From: Candidatus Dormiibacterota bacterium
GTDB lineage: Bacteria; Chloroflexota; Dormibacteria; Aeolococcales; Aeolococcaceae
DNA length: 64,000 nt
NCBI GenBank assembly: GCA_963709585.1
Contig: CAVPXI010000013.1
Coordinates: forward strand, 148,148-212,147
Reading direction: 5' to 3'
The position numbers and the translations under genes are program-made. The notes under the pieces were generated by a model. That model was not told the DNA's origin. It worked only from the letters and a program-made list of their open reading frames with translations, and did not search any database. Each line of letters starts with the position of its first letter. The first letter of the stretch is position 1. Below, one piece after another: positions 21,708-30,949 of this stretch.

Positions 21708-22256
21708 TCACACGTTCGCGATGCTTGATGCATCGGCGCGCTGTACCTCGACGGGGCCAGCGGGCGACGTACCACCGATGCGGACCCTGACTGCCAGCTC
21801 TGGTTTTGCGAGATGCCTGTAGTCGCCTGCTTCCCAGACGTACCAGCCCCATGCCTGTGGATCGAGTTCGGCACCGCGACGACCGATGACGACCGCGAGC
21901 ACACCGGGCGCCTTGATACTGTGGGTTCGGTCGCGGGGCGAAAGCTTCGCCGGGCTACCCCTACCGTGTGTGTGGCACACACCGAGGAGACTCATCCCGC
22001 GCGGCTCAGCCCATCGCGCCACTGTGGCGAAGACCTCTGGCGCAACACGCCAGTAGAAGGGGTGCTCTTCGACACCCGCGCCGTGGGGGAAGACCACGGC
22101 CTGTACAACCGCTCGCTCCGCCCGAGAGCCGAGCCAGAAAACGCCGGCCTCGCATCCGACCAAGCCGGCATCTCGCACAGCCGCGAGGGTGGCTTCGACG
22201 GCCTCAGCAGGGACGACCCAGGATTCAATGCCTGGATACGGATCGATCTCTGTCAA
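21708..22256 (-). CDS. JAB/MPN+ metallopeptidase
   Basis: Upstream Glu (CEAGVFWLG) and HTHGRGSPAKLSPRD matching the JAMM HxH..S-x2-D motif; TTGA overlap with the Ubl stop. Confidence 0.85.
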   Translation of the reverse strand: MTEIDPYPGIESWVVPAEAVEATLAAVRDAGLVGCEAGVFWLGSRAERAVVQAVVFPHGAGVEEHPFYWRVAPEVFATVARWAEPRGMSLLGVCHTHGRGSPAKLSPRDRTHSIKAPGVLAVVIGRRGAELDPQAWGWYVWEAGDYRHLAKPELAVRVRIGGTSPAGPVEVQRADASSIANV

Positions 22257-22588
22257 TCGACCGTACCACCAGGCGTGATCTCTTCGACCAAGTCGAAGTG
22301 CAGCTCATGCTGTTCGTCACCATGGCGATCAGCCAACTGGTCCAGTGTCTCCTCAAGGTTGGTGATCCTCATCCCGCCGATAACGAGGAAGTACCGATAC
22401 GTGTCTCGCTCCTGCCGGTCGCGGACGCCAAAAAAGGCCATTGCCTCCTCGCGAACCACTCCCACGTGCGTGGGCGGCGGGTAGGCGTGGTGAAAGGGGC
22501 GGGCAGCCGGGAGGTACGACACTTTGGCCTCGATTTCCCGTGGATGCTCGCTCGGCGTGCTGTTGTCGGTCGGGTTGGTAACGGTCAT
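22253..22588 (-). CDS. Ubiquitin-like (beta-grasp) protein ending ...ITPGG-TVD
   Basis: 111 aa, GGAGG RBS; strand-strand-helix-strand pattern (IEAKVSY, PFHHAY, VGVVREEAMAFFG, YFLVIGG, LHFDLVEE); di-glycine plus 3-residue extension; operon with JAB and E1. Fold is inferred. Confidence 0.7.
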   Translation of the reverse strand: MTVTNPTDNSTPSEHPREIEAKVSYLPAARPFHHAYPPPTHVGVVREEAMAFFGVRDRQERDTYRYFLVIGGMRITNLEETLDQLADRHGDEQHELHFDLVEEITPGGTVD

Positions 22589-22622
22589 GGTGGCCTCCTC
22601 CAACGGCTCTTCGTGGTAGTCT

Positions 22623-22661
22623 TGTTACGGGAAATGGTGTACTGCTGGAAATATCGTAACA
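22623..22661. promoter_or_regulatory. Candidate operator in the divergent Ubl/XRE intergenic region
   Basis: Inverted repeat TGTTACG-N25-CGTAACA enclosing two GGAAAT boxes in a lower-GC patch. Confidence 0.35.
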
Positions 22662-22737
22662 GACGGGGCTGCTCGGTTGCAAACCCCTGGGTCCGAGCGC
22701 AAACTGCGTAACTCGAAGCCACCGGAGGAGAGACGCC

Positions 22738-23928
22738 ATGGATGCCCCGTTAGTCGACGCGCGCACTGAGGCCGGGTACTCGCAGGAGGACGTCGCCGCG
22801 GCTCTCGGGGTGAGTCGAGCGATGGTCAGTTATTGGGAATCCGGCAAGCGGGAGCCCAATGACCGTCAACTCGTCGCACTTGCTCGCCTCTACCGACTGC
22901 CCGTTGGCGTGCTGCTTGGGACGGAACCTCTACCTAGTCGGGCGGACGAGGCGCGAATGCTGTTCCGAGGCGCCGAGAACGAGCTCGCAGGCGAAGCGAA
23001 GACCGGAGTGGCCGAGTTTGTCCAGTTTCTGGACAACTACGCCAGGCTGGCCAAGGCGCTGGGTTTTGAAATCCGCGGATTAGCGCAAAGCCCGTTCCTC
23101 ATGAGGATCGGATATGAGACGGCCGAAGATGCGCGCCGGAAGGCAGAGGAAGTCCGAGCGCATTTGCGATTGGCTATGGGACCCATTAGCGACATCGACG
23201 CCGTGGCTGAGCTTCTCGGAATAACAGTCTTTCGAGCTGCACTCGGAGAAGACCTGACGCACGGACTATCGGGGGCGTTCTTCGCGCACCCCGAGGTCGG
23301 ATTCTCGATACTCGTAAATCTGCAGATGACGCCGGGCCGCAGACGTTTTACCGTCGCTCATGAGATAGCACACGCCTTGTTCCATAGTCGTTCCGATAGG
23401 TACGTATTGTCACGGCCCGCAGGTGGCGCCAAGGAGCAGTTCGCGGACGCGTTTGCCGGCGAATTCCTGATGCCGAGTGAGGGTGTTCGCCGGGTCATGG
23501 AAGAACAGGGAGTAGGGCCACGCGTCACCGACCCCGCGGTCGTGATCCACCTACAGCGCTACTTCAATGTGTCCTACCCGACGGCATTGGTCCGCCTGCT
23601 GAAGGCGAAGTTCATCGATCGCGACCATTTTGACCAGTTCAAAGACCTTCGACCCGTCCTTTTCGCTCAAGCACTCGGCTATGAGGTTGGGGACGACGAG
23701 TTCGGTCAGAAGCCGGAGGAATGGCGACTCCGCAGATACCCTCGTCGCTTCTTAGCGCTCATTCGGCAGGGCGTCCGGAGCGGGAAGATTTCGGCCGGCT
23801 CAGCCGCGAGTCTGGCAGGACTGTCGCTGGACGATGTCGAAGAGCTTTGCATGGACCAGCAGCAAAGCGTTGCGTCCCGGGAGATCAAGGAATACCAAGA
23901 CAGCGGTGTCTTTGCCGCCGCCGTTTAG
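22738..23928 (+). CDS. XRE-family HTH fused to ImmA/IrrE Zn-metallopeptidase
   Basis: SQEDVAAALGVSRAMVSYWESGKREP HTH; RRRFTVAHEIAH (HExxH); EQFADAFAGEFLMP; YFNVSY. Confidence 0.92.
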   Translation: MDAPLVDARTEAGYSQEDVAAALGVSRAMVSYWESGKREPNDRQLVALARLYRLPVGVLLGTEPLPSRADEARMLFRGAENELAGEAKTGVAEFVQFLDNYARLAKALGFEIRGLAQSPFLMRIGYETAEDARRKAEEVRAHLRLAMGPISDIDAVAELLGITVFRAALGEDLTHGLSGAFFAHPEVGFSILVNLQMTPGRRRFTVAHEIAHALFHSRSDRYVLSRPAGGAKEQFADAFAGEFLMPSEGVRRVMEEQGVGPRVTDPAVVIHLQRYFNVSYPTALVRLLKAKFIDRDHFDQFKDLRPVLFAQALGYEVGDDEFGQKPEEWRLRRYPRRFLALIRQGVRSGKISAGSAASLAGLSLDDVEELCMDQQQSVASREIKEYQDSGVFAAAV

Positions 23929-24571
23929 GACGATCGTTGATACGAACGTCCTGCGCTATTTCTTGTTCGTCGACCGTACGAGCATTCTGGCAACGGTGCT
24001 TGGTCGACCCATGGGGGTTCCGCGGATAGTCTACGATCCGGATGAAGGCGAGCCCCCCGAGAATGCGATGAGTGAAATACGTCGCAGCATCTTGGTGCAG
24101 CGTGAGCGGGGCGATGAGTTGACACGATCCGATGAGGGACGCGCCGAGGCGCGGCGCAATGCGTCCAGGTTGTCGTCGATCGATGCGCTGCTCGGCAACG
24201 GAGACGTCGTCACTGTAGACATGTCACGGGAGGAGCGAGAGCTGTTTGCGGCGCTGACTGATCACAATCGCGCGGGTGACTTTGGTCTCAAGATCGCGCT
24301 TGGGCATGGCGAGGCAGCATGTGTTGCGATTGCAGTCGAGAGGAGTGTCATCCTCGCCACCAACGATGCGGACGCTTTGACCGCGTACGAGCGGCTTGCA
24401 CCAACGGGCGCTCACGCGCGAATTCGAGGTGCGCTCAGAGACGCGGCAGAAGGCGGCCTAATTTCTCGTGCCACCGCAAATGCTACTCATATTGAAATGT
24501 CACGTCTCGGGCTGTGGGATATCGAGCTTCCGTTCTCCCTCGGAGAGTTGGAGGATGATTCCGGCATATGA
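23906..24571 (+). CDS. PIN-domain-like nuclease
   Basis: IVDTNVL, LGHGEAACVAIA, LATNDADA acidic motifs; overlaps the XRE-ImmA 3' end. Start approximate. Confidence 0.75.
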   Translation: MSLPPPFRTIVDTNVLRYFLFVDRTSILATVLGRPMGVPRIVYDPDEGEPPENAMSEIRRSILVQRERGDELTRSDEGRAEARRNASRLSSIDALLGNGDVVTVDMSREERELFAALTDHNRAGDFGLKIALGHGEAACVAIAVERSVILATNDADALTAYERLAPTGAHARIRGALRDAAEGGLISRATANATHIEMSRLGLWDIELPFSLGELEDDSGI

Positions 24572-24924
24572 CACGCTGCGTTTGTGTGGACGGTGCGTTT
24601 CTTCGCGCGGCTTGCGGCCAGGCGCGGGGCAAGTCGGGTGGGCTGAGGCGTAGACGAATAGTTTTGCCGAGAAGTTGGAGGCTCGTTGCAACCGACGATG
24701 GTGCAGCGTATGCGTATGCGGCGCAGCGTCTGGGATCGCTTGAGTGTTGTTGACACCGTCGAGCTCTTGAGGCGGCTATTGAGTACGTAGGAGGCTCTTG
24801 CGTGGCGTGCCGGCCGATCGAACCGGCCAACATCGCTTTCGCCGAGTTACTTGCGCTCGCCACGCGTCTGCGCGACCAACGCTAGCCTCGGCGATCTCAG
24901 CGGCCCGACCGGTGGGACCGGAGG

Positions 24925-25827
24925 CTATTGGTCCATCGACGGTAGGATGGCCACGTCAAGTGACGCGCTCCTCGTGGCCGCGCGAGCTCCAAGTCTCGGC
25001 GGTATCCAAATGCCCCGGCGTTGCCAGTTTGCGTTGGGGAGCGCGGTCCGTGCCAGTTCTTCGAACTCGCGGTCGTCGAACGACCGTTGCGGGGGCCATT
25101 CGATTTGGTGTAGCCCGGAGGGCCAGATCCGCACCAACCCCGGGGACATGGTCATGACCTGGGCATCCGCGGGACGCAGGGTGTGGCCCAGGATGTGGAA
25201 CGCCACGGTGCCAATGCGCAGCCCAACCCAGTATCGGTGCTCTTCAGCAGCCGGCTGCAACGAACCGGAACCCTCGACGGAGTAAGCGACGAGGTATGCG
25301 AGGCCGACTGACGGTCCTCGGTGCTTGGCCAGCCACACCGTGAGCTGCTCGGGGAGGACATATGGCCGCAGGTCACGTGCGTTGTAGATAGCGCTGATGT
25401 GCTCACGCGGTATGGGCAGCCCAAGTTTGCGGTTCGCGCCCTGGAGCATGATCGCGGTCTTGGCCGCCCAAAAGCCCAAGGTTCGCAACTCCGCTACGCC
25501 GATCGGCAGCGCGATCGGGCCGAGCATGGGCCGCAATATCGGGATGGTGTCGTCCTCGAGGCGGTGCATCCAGCCCGTGTTGCACTCATGGCACACAATC
25601 GGCAAGCGCAAGCGCAGGCTCTGCTTGGTGTCGATGCGAACGCGCTTCGGGTCGTCGAGAAGCCCTGCCCGGCGTTTCACCACACCGCGTCCGTAGAGCT
25701 CCGCGAGGCGCTTGAGCAGCCAACTGGGAATGACATCCTCACGACTGTTGGCTATGCCTCCGCACCAAGTGCAGCGCGTTCGCGGCCTCGGCTGTCGCGT
25801 TGGCCGCGGCATTGCGCCTTCAGTCAT
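24925..25827 (-). CDS. HNH-like Zn-finger protein
   Basis: CTWC...SREDVIPSWL...VCHECNTGWMHRLE resembles the HNH CxxC..EHVIP..CxxCN pattern. Confidence 0.65.
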   Translation of the reverse strand: MTEGAMPRPTRQPRPRTRCTWCGGIANSREDVIPSWLLKRLAELYGRGVVKRRAGLLDDPKRVRIDTKQSLRLRLPIVCHECNTGWMHRLEDDTIPILRPMLGPIALPIGVAELRTLGFWAAKTAIMLQGANRKLGLPIPREHISAIYNARDLRPYVLPEQLTVWLAKHRGPSVGLAYLVAYSVEGSGSLQPAAEEHRYWVGLRIGTVAFHILGHTLRPADAQVMTMSPGLVRIWPSGLHQIEWPPQRSFDDREFEELARTALPNANWQRRGIWIPPRLGARAATRSASLDVAILPSMDQ

Positions 25828-26038
25828 ATTCGATGTGGCTGACCATGTGCAGATGGCGAAATGCGCTGACCATTCCCCCGCCGGTGGTCAGCAGATTTGT
25901 CCAGCAGGAGGTCGCGCAGCCGCGTGCATGGCGTCCGAGAAAGGCCGAGTCACACTGAACCGTGTCCGTACCGTCTTCGGGTGATTTGGCAAATGGCATA
26001 CTTGCAAACTCATCACTAAGAAGAGGGGTATCTAAGTC

Positions 26039-26200
26039 ATGACGGTTGCTGAAGCCGCAGACGTACTGGGCGTCTCCACCCAGACGATATACAACTACAT
26101 CTATGCCGGAAAGCTTCGGGCGCGGAGGCCGGCCGAACGCTACATCCTGCGCGCGCGCGACGTGGCTGCCATCGCGACGAAGCGTAAGGCTCGACGCTAA
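26039..26200 (+). CDS. Excisionase-like helix-turn-helix DNA-binding protein (53 aa), not in ORF track
   Basis: My translation MTVAEAADVLGVSTQTIYNYIYAGKLRARRPAERYILRARDVAAIATKRKARR; GAGGGG upstream. Confidence 0.8.
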   Translation: MTVAEAADVLGVSTQTIYNYIYAGKLRARRPAERYILRARDVAAIATKRKARR

Positions 26201-26609
26201 CTGGCCTCGAGGCGAGCCCATCACGTTCGCGCCACACCGCCAGGGATCGTTGAAATGGTCGCGGGCAATGCATCCCCATGATCCAAGACCGTGCGACCCA
26301 TCACCGGCGCGATCACAAGAAGGCCGAGGAAGGAAATCGAACCCTCCGAAGCTTCCTCAAAACGATCGGAAGAAGCGCCGTCCGAACTCGAGGGAGCGGC
26401 CAGGAAGCCACGTGACGCCGTAGCTGGCCAGAGATATTGGCCCGGTATTGGTCCAGCGCCACCAAACGCCACTTGGGCGCGGCGTTTGGTGGGCAGGTGA
26501 GAGGACACTCGGCTGAACGATGCTCTTGCCCATCGACAGTCTCCGTGCGCACCCAAGGCGGCAGGCGGCTGGCGGCTTGAGGCTGGGGAGGCCGTGCTAG
26601 TCAACTCCG

Positions 26610-26664
26610 TAGGTCCAGCGTATCCGTCGAGCGGCGCGATGGTCGTATAGGTCAGCCGAGCCAT
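26610..26664 (-). pseudogene. N-terminal stub of a DHFR/RibD-C family gene
   Basis: MARLTYTTIAPLDGYA resembles the family start (MxKL.Y..iaSLDGY); similarity then stops. Confidence 0.45.
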
Positions 26665-26679
26665 TGAAGCGGACTCATG

Positions 26680-27441
26680 CTAAACCGGCCGCCGGGCGCG
26701 GCCGTCAAGCAGAGCGGCGAAGCGCCGTGCGAACAGGTAGGCGTCGCCGGGCCACCGCGCTGAGACATAGTTGCCGTCCTCGACGACGAAGGCGGGCGCA
26801 TCGTCGTCGAGCGTGCCCCGCCGCGTGTACACCCGCGGTCCGTGCTCGAGCTGCGCGGGGTCGTCGAGCGCGGCGCGCACCTCATCCTCCACGTACGCCG
26901 GATACGTACGGTAGTAGCGGCCGAGGCGCCACGCCGTCAGCAGATACGCAGTGCGCTCCTGGTACTTGGGCAGGCACGTCGTCCGGCGTTTGGCAAGGAC
27001 GCTGCGTCCCGTGACTGGGTCGCGGCTACGCGCAAGCACGAGCACGCCGTGGCAGATGGCGCCGACGGGACGATCGAGCTTCCAGAACTGCACGACCCTT
27101 TGCTGGAGTAGGGTCGAGCCGAGGTACTGGCGCATGCCCGTTGCGTGGCCGCCGGGCAGCAGCAGGCCGTCGTACTGCTGCGGGTCGATTGCATCCCAAG
27201 GCATCGGCGAGCTGTACTCCGGCGAGGCGCACATCTCGCCGTGAAACGCGATCGGCTCAGGCGCGGCGCCGAGCCTGCCGAACACCACGCCGGTGAGCAG
27301 CCGCGGATCCGCCGGCGGCGGGGCGCCGCCATGCTCGGTCGCGAAGGTGATCTCGTAACCTGCACGGGTGAGCAGCCGCCACGGGACTGCCACCTCGGTG
27401 ACGTCAAAGTCGCGGTCGGGCAGAGGAATCAGGACGTTCAT
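26680..27441 (-). CDS. DJ-1/PfpI family (type 1 glutamine amidotransferase-like) protein
   Basis: DFDVTEVAVPW, LLLPGGH, GAICHG nucleophile elbow, VSARWPGD. Confidence 0.9.
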   Translation of the reverse strand: MNVLIPLPDRDFDVTEVAVPWRLLTRAGYEITFATEHGGAPPPADPRLLTGVVFGRLGAAPEPIAFHGEMCASPEYSSPMPWDAIDPQQYDGLLLPGGHATGMRQYLGSTLLQQRVVQFWKLDRPVGAICHGVLVLARSRDPVTGRSVLAKRRTTCLPKYQERTAYLLTAWRLGRYYRTYPAYVEDEVRAALDDPAQLEHGPRVYTRRGTLDDDAPAFVVEDGNYVSARWPGDAYLFARRFAALLDGRARRPV

Positions 27442-27521
27442 TCAATTGGTGCGAGCTCAGGCCGGCTACTGTGAGCCCTTCGACGTTCTCTTTTCTTCGC
27501 GGCGGTTCGAATACAAAGATT

Positions 27522-27546
27522 TGGCTGAGGAGCCAGGATTCGAACC
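27522..27546 (-). repeat. 3' fragment of a tRNA (probably Gln), att-core-like
   Basis: Minus strand GGTTCGAATCCTGGCTCCTCAGCCA = T-loop, T-stem 3' side, acceptor 3' strand ending A72, G73, CCA. No 5' half present. Confidence 0.75.
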
Positions 27547-27565
27547 GCAGATCCACGCGGGGTTT

Positions 27566-27800
27566 TGACCGTCTCAGGCGAAGGGTGGACGTCTGGTGGA
27601 CGTCTGATGGACGGGGCGGCGGGAGACGGGGGTCTCCCGCGCGAGTACACCGGCGCGCACGGAATTGATTTCTCTTATCGGTTCGGCGCGGCTGCGTGAG
27701 GAGGTAGCTCGCGGGAAGGGAGCGATGCGGCTGCAGTCGCGTTCGGGCGATGATCACCGAGCCGGGTTCATCTGACACCGGCCTGGTGAGATAACGCTCG
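27566..27800. repeat. Family B repeat copy 2 (long form)
   Basis: GTGGACGTCTGGTGGACGTCTGATGGACG, hairpin GCGGGAGAC-GGGG-GTCTCCCGC, TTGATTTCTCTTATCGG, ending GAGATAACGCTCG. Confidence 0.95.
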
Positions 27801-27933
27801 TGTGGGCGGCCGCCATGGCATCAGGCGGGATACGGCCAACTCAGCCCGAGGCGAACCAATGCCGCGCCGTAATCCAGACGGTCGGGACTGTGTTTCGCCC
27901 AATACAGCTCCGAGGAATTGCTAGGACAAGACA

Positions 27934-27963
27934 AAGCCCCGGCCGACTAATCGGCCGGGGCTT
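27934..27963 (-). terminator. Intrinsic terminator for the 28049-29050 gene
   Basis: Perfect 13-bp stem AAGCCCCGGCCGA/TCGGCCGGGGCTT, 4-nt loop, T-rich tail on the minus strand. Confidence 0.75.
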
Positions 27964-28048
27964 CGGTGTCGCTCGGGGACGTTGGTAGTCCTTCAGAATC
28001 GTCGGGCCGCGGACCTACCCCGCGACGACCCGGGATCGGTCTCCGGTG

Positions 28049-29050
28049 TCAGGACAATGGGATCGTGTTGAACACACCCCACGGGGTGACCGCACCCGCC
28101 CCGTTGATGCTCTGCGTCCCGGTGACGCCCGGGATGTAGGCGTCCTTGATAAAGAGGTACAGGGGCTTGCCTTTGTAGGTCACCTGGCGGGTGCCGTCCG
28201 GCCGCACGACGACTCCCAGCGCGTGCTGACTTACGCCCGTCCCGGCTACAGGCGTTCCGGTGGTGAGGACCGGTGACCAGATCAGGGCACAGTACGTCTC
28301 GCAGGCCTGGCCATTCTTGTTACTCAAGGTGTAGACGGGGAAGCTCCCATCCGGCAGGGCGGAGAAGTCGTCGTCCATCGTTGCCGCCAGCACCGTGCTC
28401 CCGCTGACCGTCTCACTCGCCATATGAAGCCGACCCGGCGCGGGATGGCCTCGACCTGGCTCCACCAGGTACCAGGTGCCAGCGGGACTGGTCACCGGGT
28501 CGAACAGGTTAGCCCCGTCTGTTTCCGCCGCCAACTCGTCCCGGAAGAACCGGTAGAGCGGCAGACCCGCATAGGTCACCTGCTGCACGCTCTCACCAGA
28601 GAGTACGTCGGTGCGGGTCACCGTCCCGAGGAGCTTGTGCTTGACCCCCGGCCCGGCGATGGGTGCCCCCTTGGTCAGCAGCGCCGGCCAGAGGACGCTG
28701 TCGCACGGCTGTCCTGTGGGGTTTGGCCCGTCGCTGCAGGCAAATGCCGCAAGACCAAACGTCAGCGACTGGAGCTGGTCAGACGTCAGGAGGTACAGGG
28801 AGCACCCGGAAAAGGCGCCCGAACCGACGCTCAGCACCGTGCCAAACTCTGTCGATTTCGTCGACACAGTCGCACGGCCCGTGGGCGCGCTGGTGACGGG
28901 GGTGGTGCAGGAAGGAGCACTCGCTTTGGCGCTCACGGATGAGCTGAACTGCGGGGCCACGGCAAGGAGGCCCAGGGTGAGCATGGCAACTGCGGGAGGG
29001 CCCGCAACAGCCCTTCGGAACCGACGAGACGACATCATCGTGACCTCCAA
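28049..29050 (-). CDS. Secreted protein with COG4315/Lipoprotein_15-type repeats
   Basis: Signal peptide; two repeats of C..W.P/A...G...R.D...QVTY.G.PLY.F..D. Confidence 0.8.
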   Translation of the reverse strand: MEVTMMSSRRFRRAVAGPPAVAMLTLGLLAVAPQFSSSVSAKASAPSCTTPVTSAPTGRATVSTKSTEFGTVLSVGSGAFSGCSLYLLTSDQLQSLTFGLAAFACSDGPNPTGQPCDSVLWPALLTKGAPIAGPGVKHKLLGTVTRTDVLSGESVQQVTYAGLPLYRFFRDELAAETDGANLFDPVTSPAGTWYLVEPGRGHPAPGRLHMASETVSGSTVLAATMDDDFSALPDGSFPVYTLSNKNGQACETYCALIWSPVLTTGTPVAGTGVSQHALGVVVRPDGTRQVTYKGKPLYLFIKDAYIPGVTGTQSINGAGAVTPWGVFNTIPLS

Positions 29051-30113
29051 TACCCTTCCGATGCTCGGTGATCCGAGCCGTAGTGACGAGAGCTACCTGT
29101 CGATGTGGGGTCGGCGACGGTGCGAGAGGAGCCCCTGCCCCACTCTGTAATCCAGCGCATCACCTCACCTCACTTGTAGAAGCGCGACCATGAGGATCGT
29201 TTGCTTTGGTCCCGTGCGCAACAAATTCATGCAGCTCATCTCCTTTTGTGCTGGCGATTGAACCGGCTACTAGCGTCAGCGCCGCCCCGTACAAGACTTT
29301 GGGCACTCGCGGCTGCCTCCGGAAGCCCCCGATCTCGCAGGGCGAGCCACTCATGCAACGGAGACAGCGTTCCGGCGCCAATCGCCGCTCGTGAGGTCGC
29401 GATGGACTGCGCCGCGGCTTGAATCGATCCTCCGACCGCCGTAAACACAAAGGCGATCACGGTGCTTACTAGGAAACGCTGCCTCTCAAGCCGCATGAAC
29501 TCACCTCCTCGCCAGCAGGTGGCCGAGCATGGACCGTTGGAAGCAGGAATGCAACCAGAGGCTGGCGGCTCCTTACACTCGACACCCTCGCGACTGCTTC
29601 GAGAGACTCACGGGGGCTCGCGGTTCAGATCCTCGACAGCGCCAGCCGTGAGGCCTCCCGACGTCCGGGTGGCGGCGAACGGCCCAACGACCGCCGTCCG
29701 CCGGTGAGAGCCTGGCCGCGCCCAGCCGAGCACTGTCCGGCGAGAGTTCGTAGCACCCAGGCCGTCGGGCGGCCGCGCCGCTATCAACCGGACGCTGATC
29801 ATCGCGGCAAGAGCAGCAAGACTCGAGACCGCCCCGAAAACGAATCGTTTCAAAGCTGGCCTCGAGGGTCTGCCGTCCTCCCTCGAGGAGGCGATAGAGA
29901 GATGAGCACTGACCTCCCCCGACCTCGGGCCCGGGATCGACCATAGCCGAGCCCTTGACATCACGCCCCTCTCCATAGAAAGCGTCGCTCGCCTGCGCGT
30001 GGCGGATCTGCCTGAGGAGCGTCGACGAGGTTGTGTGTGGTAGTTGTCCGCGTTGCGCCAGTAGGTGAAGTCTGGGCGGGCAGCCGATACCGACAGTCAT
30101 CCGGCCAACGACC

Positions 30114-30225
30114 GGACGCGTCATGGACGTCTGATAGACGGGGCGGCGGGAGACGGGGGTCTCCCGCGCGAGTACCACCGGAGCGCACGGAATTGATTTC
30201 TCTTATCGCTTCGGTGCGGCTGCGT
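30114..30225. repeat. Family B repeat copy 3 (partial)
   Basis: GGACGCGTCATGGACGTCTGATAGACGGGGCGGCGGGAGACGGGGGTCTCCCGCGCGAGTACCACC...TTGATTTCTCTTATCG. Confidence 0.9.
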
Positions 30226-30262
30226 AGGTAGGATCCAGCGCCTTCCCGCAGGCGTAGCGCGC

Positions 30263-30718
30263 TCAGCCGAGATGGCGAAACGGCTCCGGGATGTACCCAG
30301 ACAAGAGACCGCGCCATTCATCGCTGAGTATGTCGCGGACAACCCGGTCATCATTTGCGAGCCAGGCTAAGTGCCGCAGCCCATGCTCCAACACCTGCTG
30401 ATGGCCGACCGAGACAGGCGCGCTCGTGGCCGCACCGCGTGCAAGGTCGGTGCGGCCCACGGGTATGCCTCGGAGTCCTGGCGCCTGGCCGTCACGATTC
30501 ACCACCACAAAGCTGAGAATCACCGAACCGCGCGCGCGACGCCAAGAGGTCGAGTGCACGAGCAGCGGCGGACCCATGAGGTTGCTGGCCAGCCTGGCGA
30601 CCACTTCGACGGGATCTTCGTCGGCTCCCACCTCGATGTACCAAGGGTCGGGCCCGCACGGAGCGGCGAGCTCAGGCACGCCTTCGCGCAAGCGCACCAC
30701 GAAAACCTCCGCTTGCAC
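30263..30718 (-). CDS. Hypothetical protein
   Basis: Globular, protein-like composition (VHSTSWR, VLEHGLRHLAWL); 5' end uncertain. Confidence 0.6.
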   Translation of the reverse strand: MQAEVFVVRLREGVPELAAPCGPDPWYIEVGADEDPVEVVARLASNLMGPPLLVHSTSWRRARGSVILSFVVVNRDGQAPGLRGIPVGRTDLARGAATSAPVSVGHQQVLEHGLRHLAWLANDDRVVRDILSDEWRGLLSGYIPEPFRHLG

Positions 30719-30949
30719 AGGGCCCTCGTTCGCCCAGGCGGGAGGGGACTGTTCGGTCAGGCGGGGCGAGCCATCGCGAGCACCTGCTCGGGGGTCACTT
30801 CCATGTTGTGGGCGTCGCGTCCGTGCTTTTGAACGGTCGGTACAAGATCGGCTTCATGCCCTCAGGCTTCAAAGCCGCAATCACAGCGAACGACTAGATC
30901 GACGGGCTCGCTCCGTTCGGCCGCCAATTGCACCTCCATCGCGAGCGTA

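Noticed and set aside
20233-22588. Thiamine/molybdopterin sulfur-carrier operon or CBASS
   Set aside because: No thi, moa or cys genes and no cyclase nearby; the E1 is double-length and the Ubl longer than ThiS/MoaD. A sulfur-relay role is disfavoured, not excluded.
29160-30110. Possible integrase remnant near family B copy 3
   Set aside because: No tyrosine (R..HxxR..Y) or serine recombinase motif seen in the translated frames.
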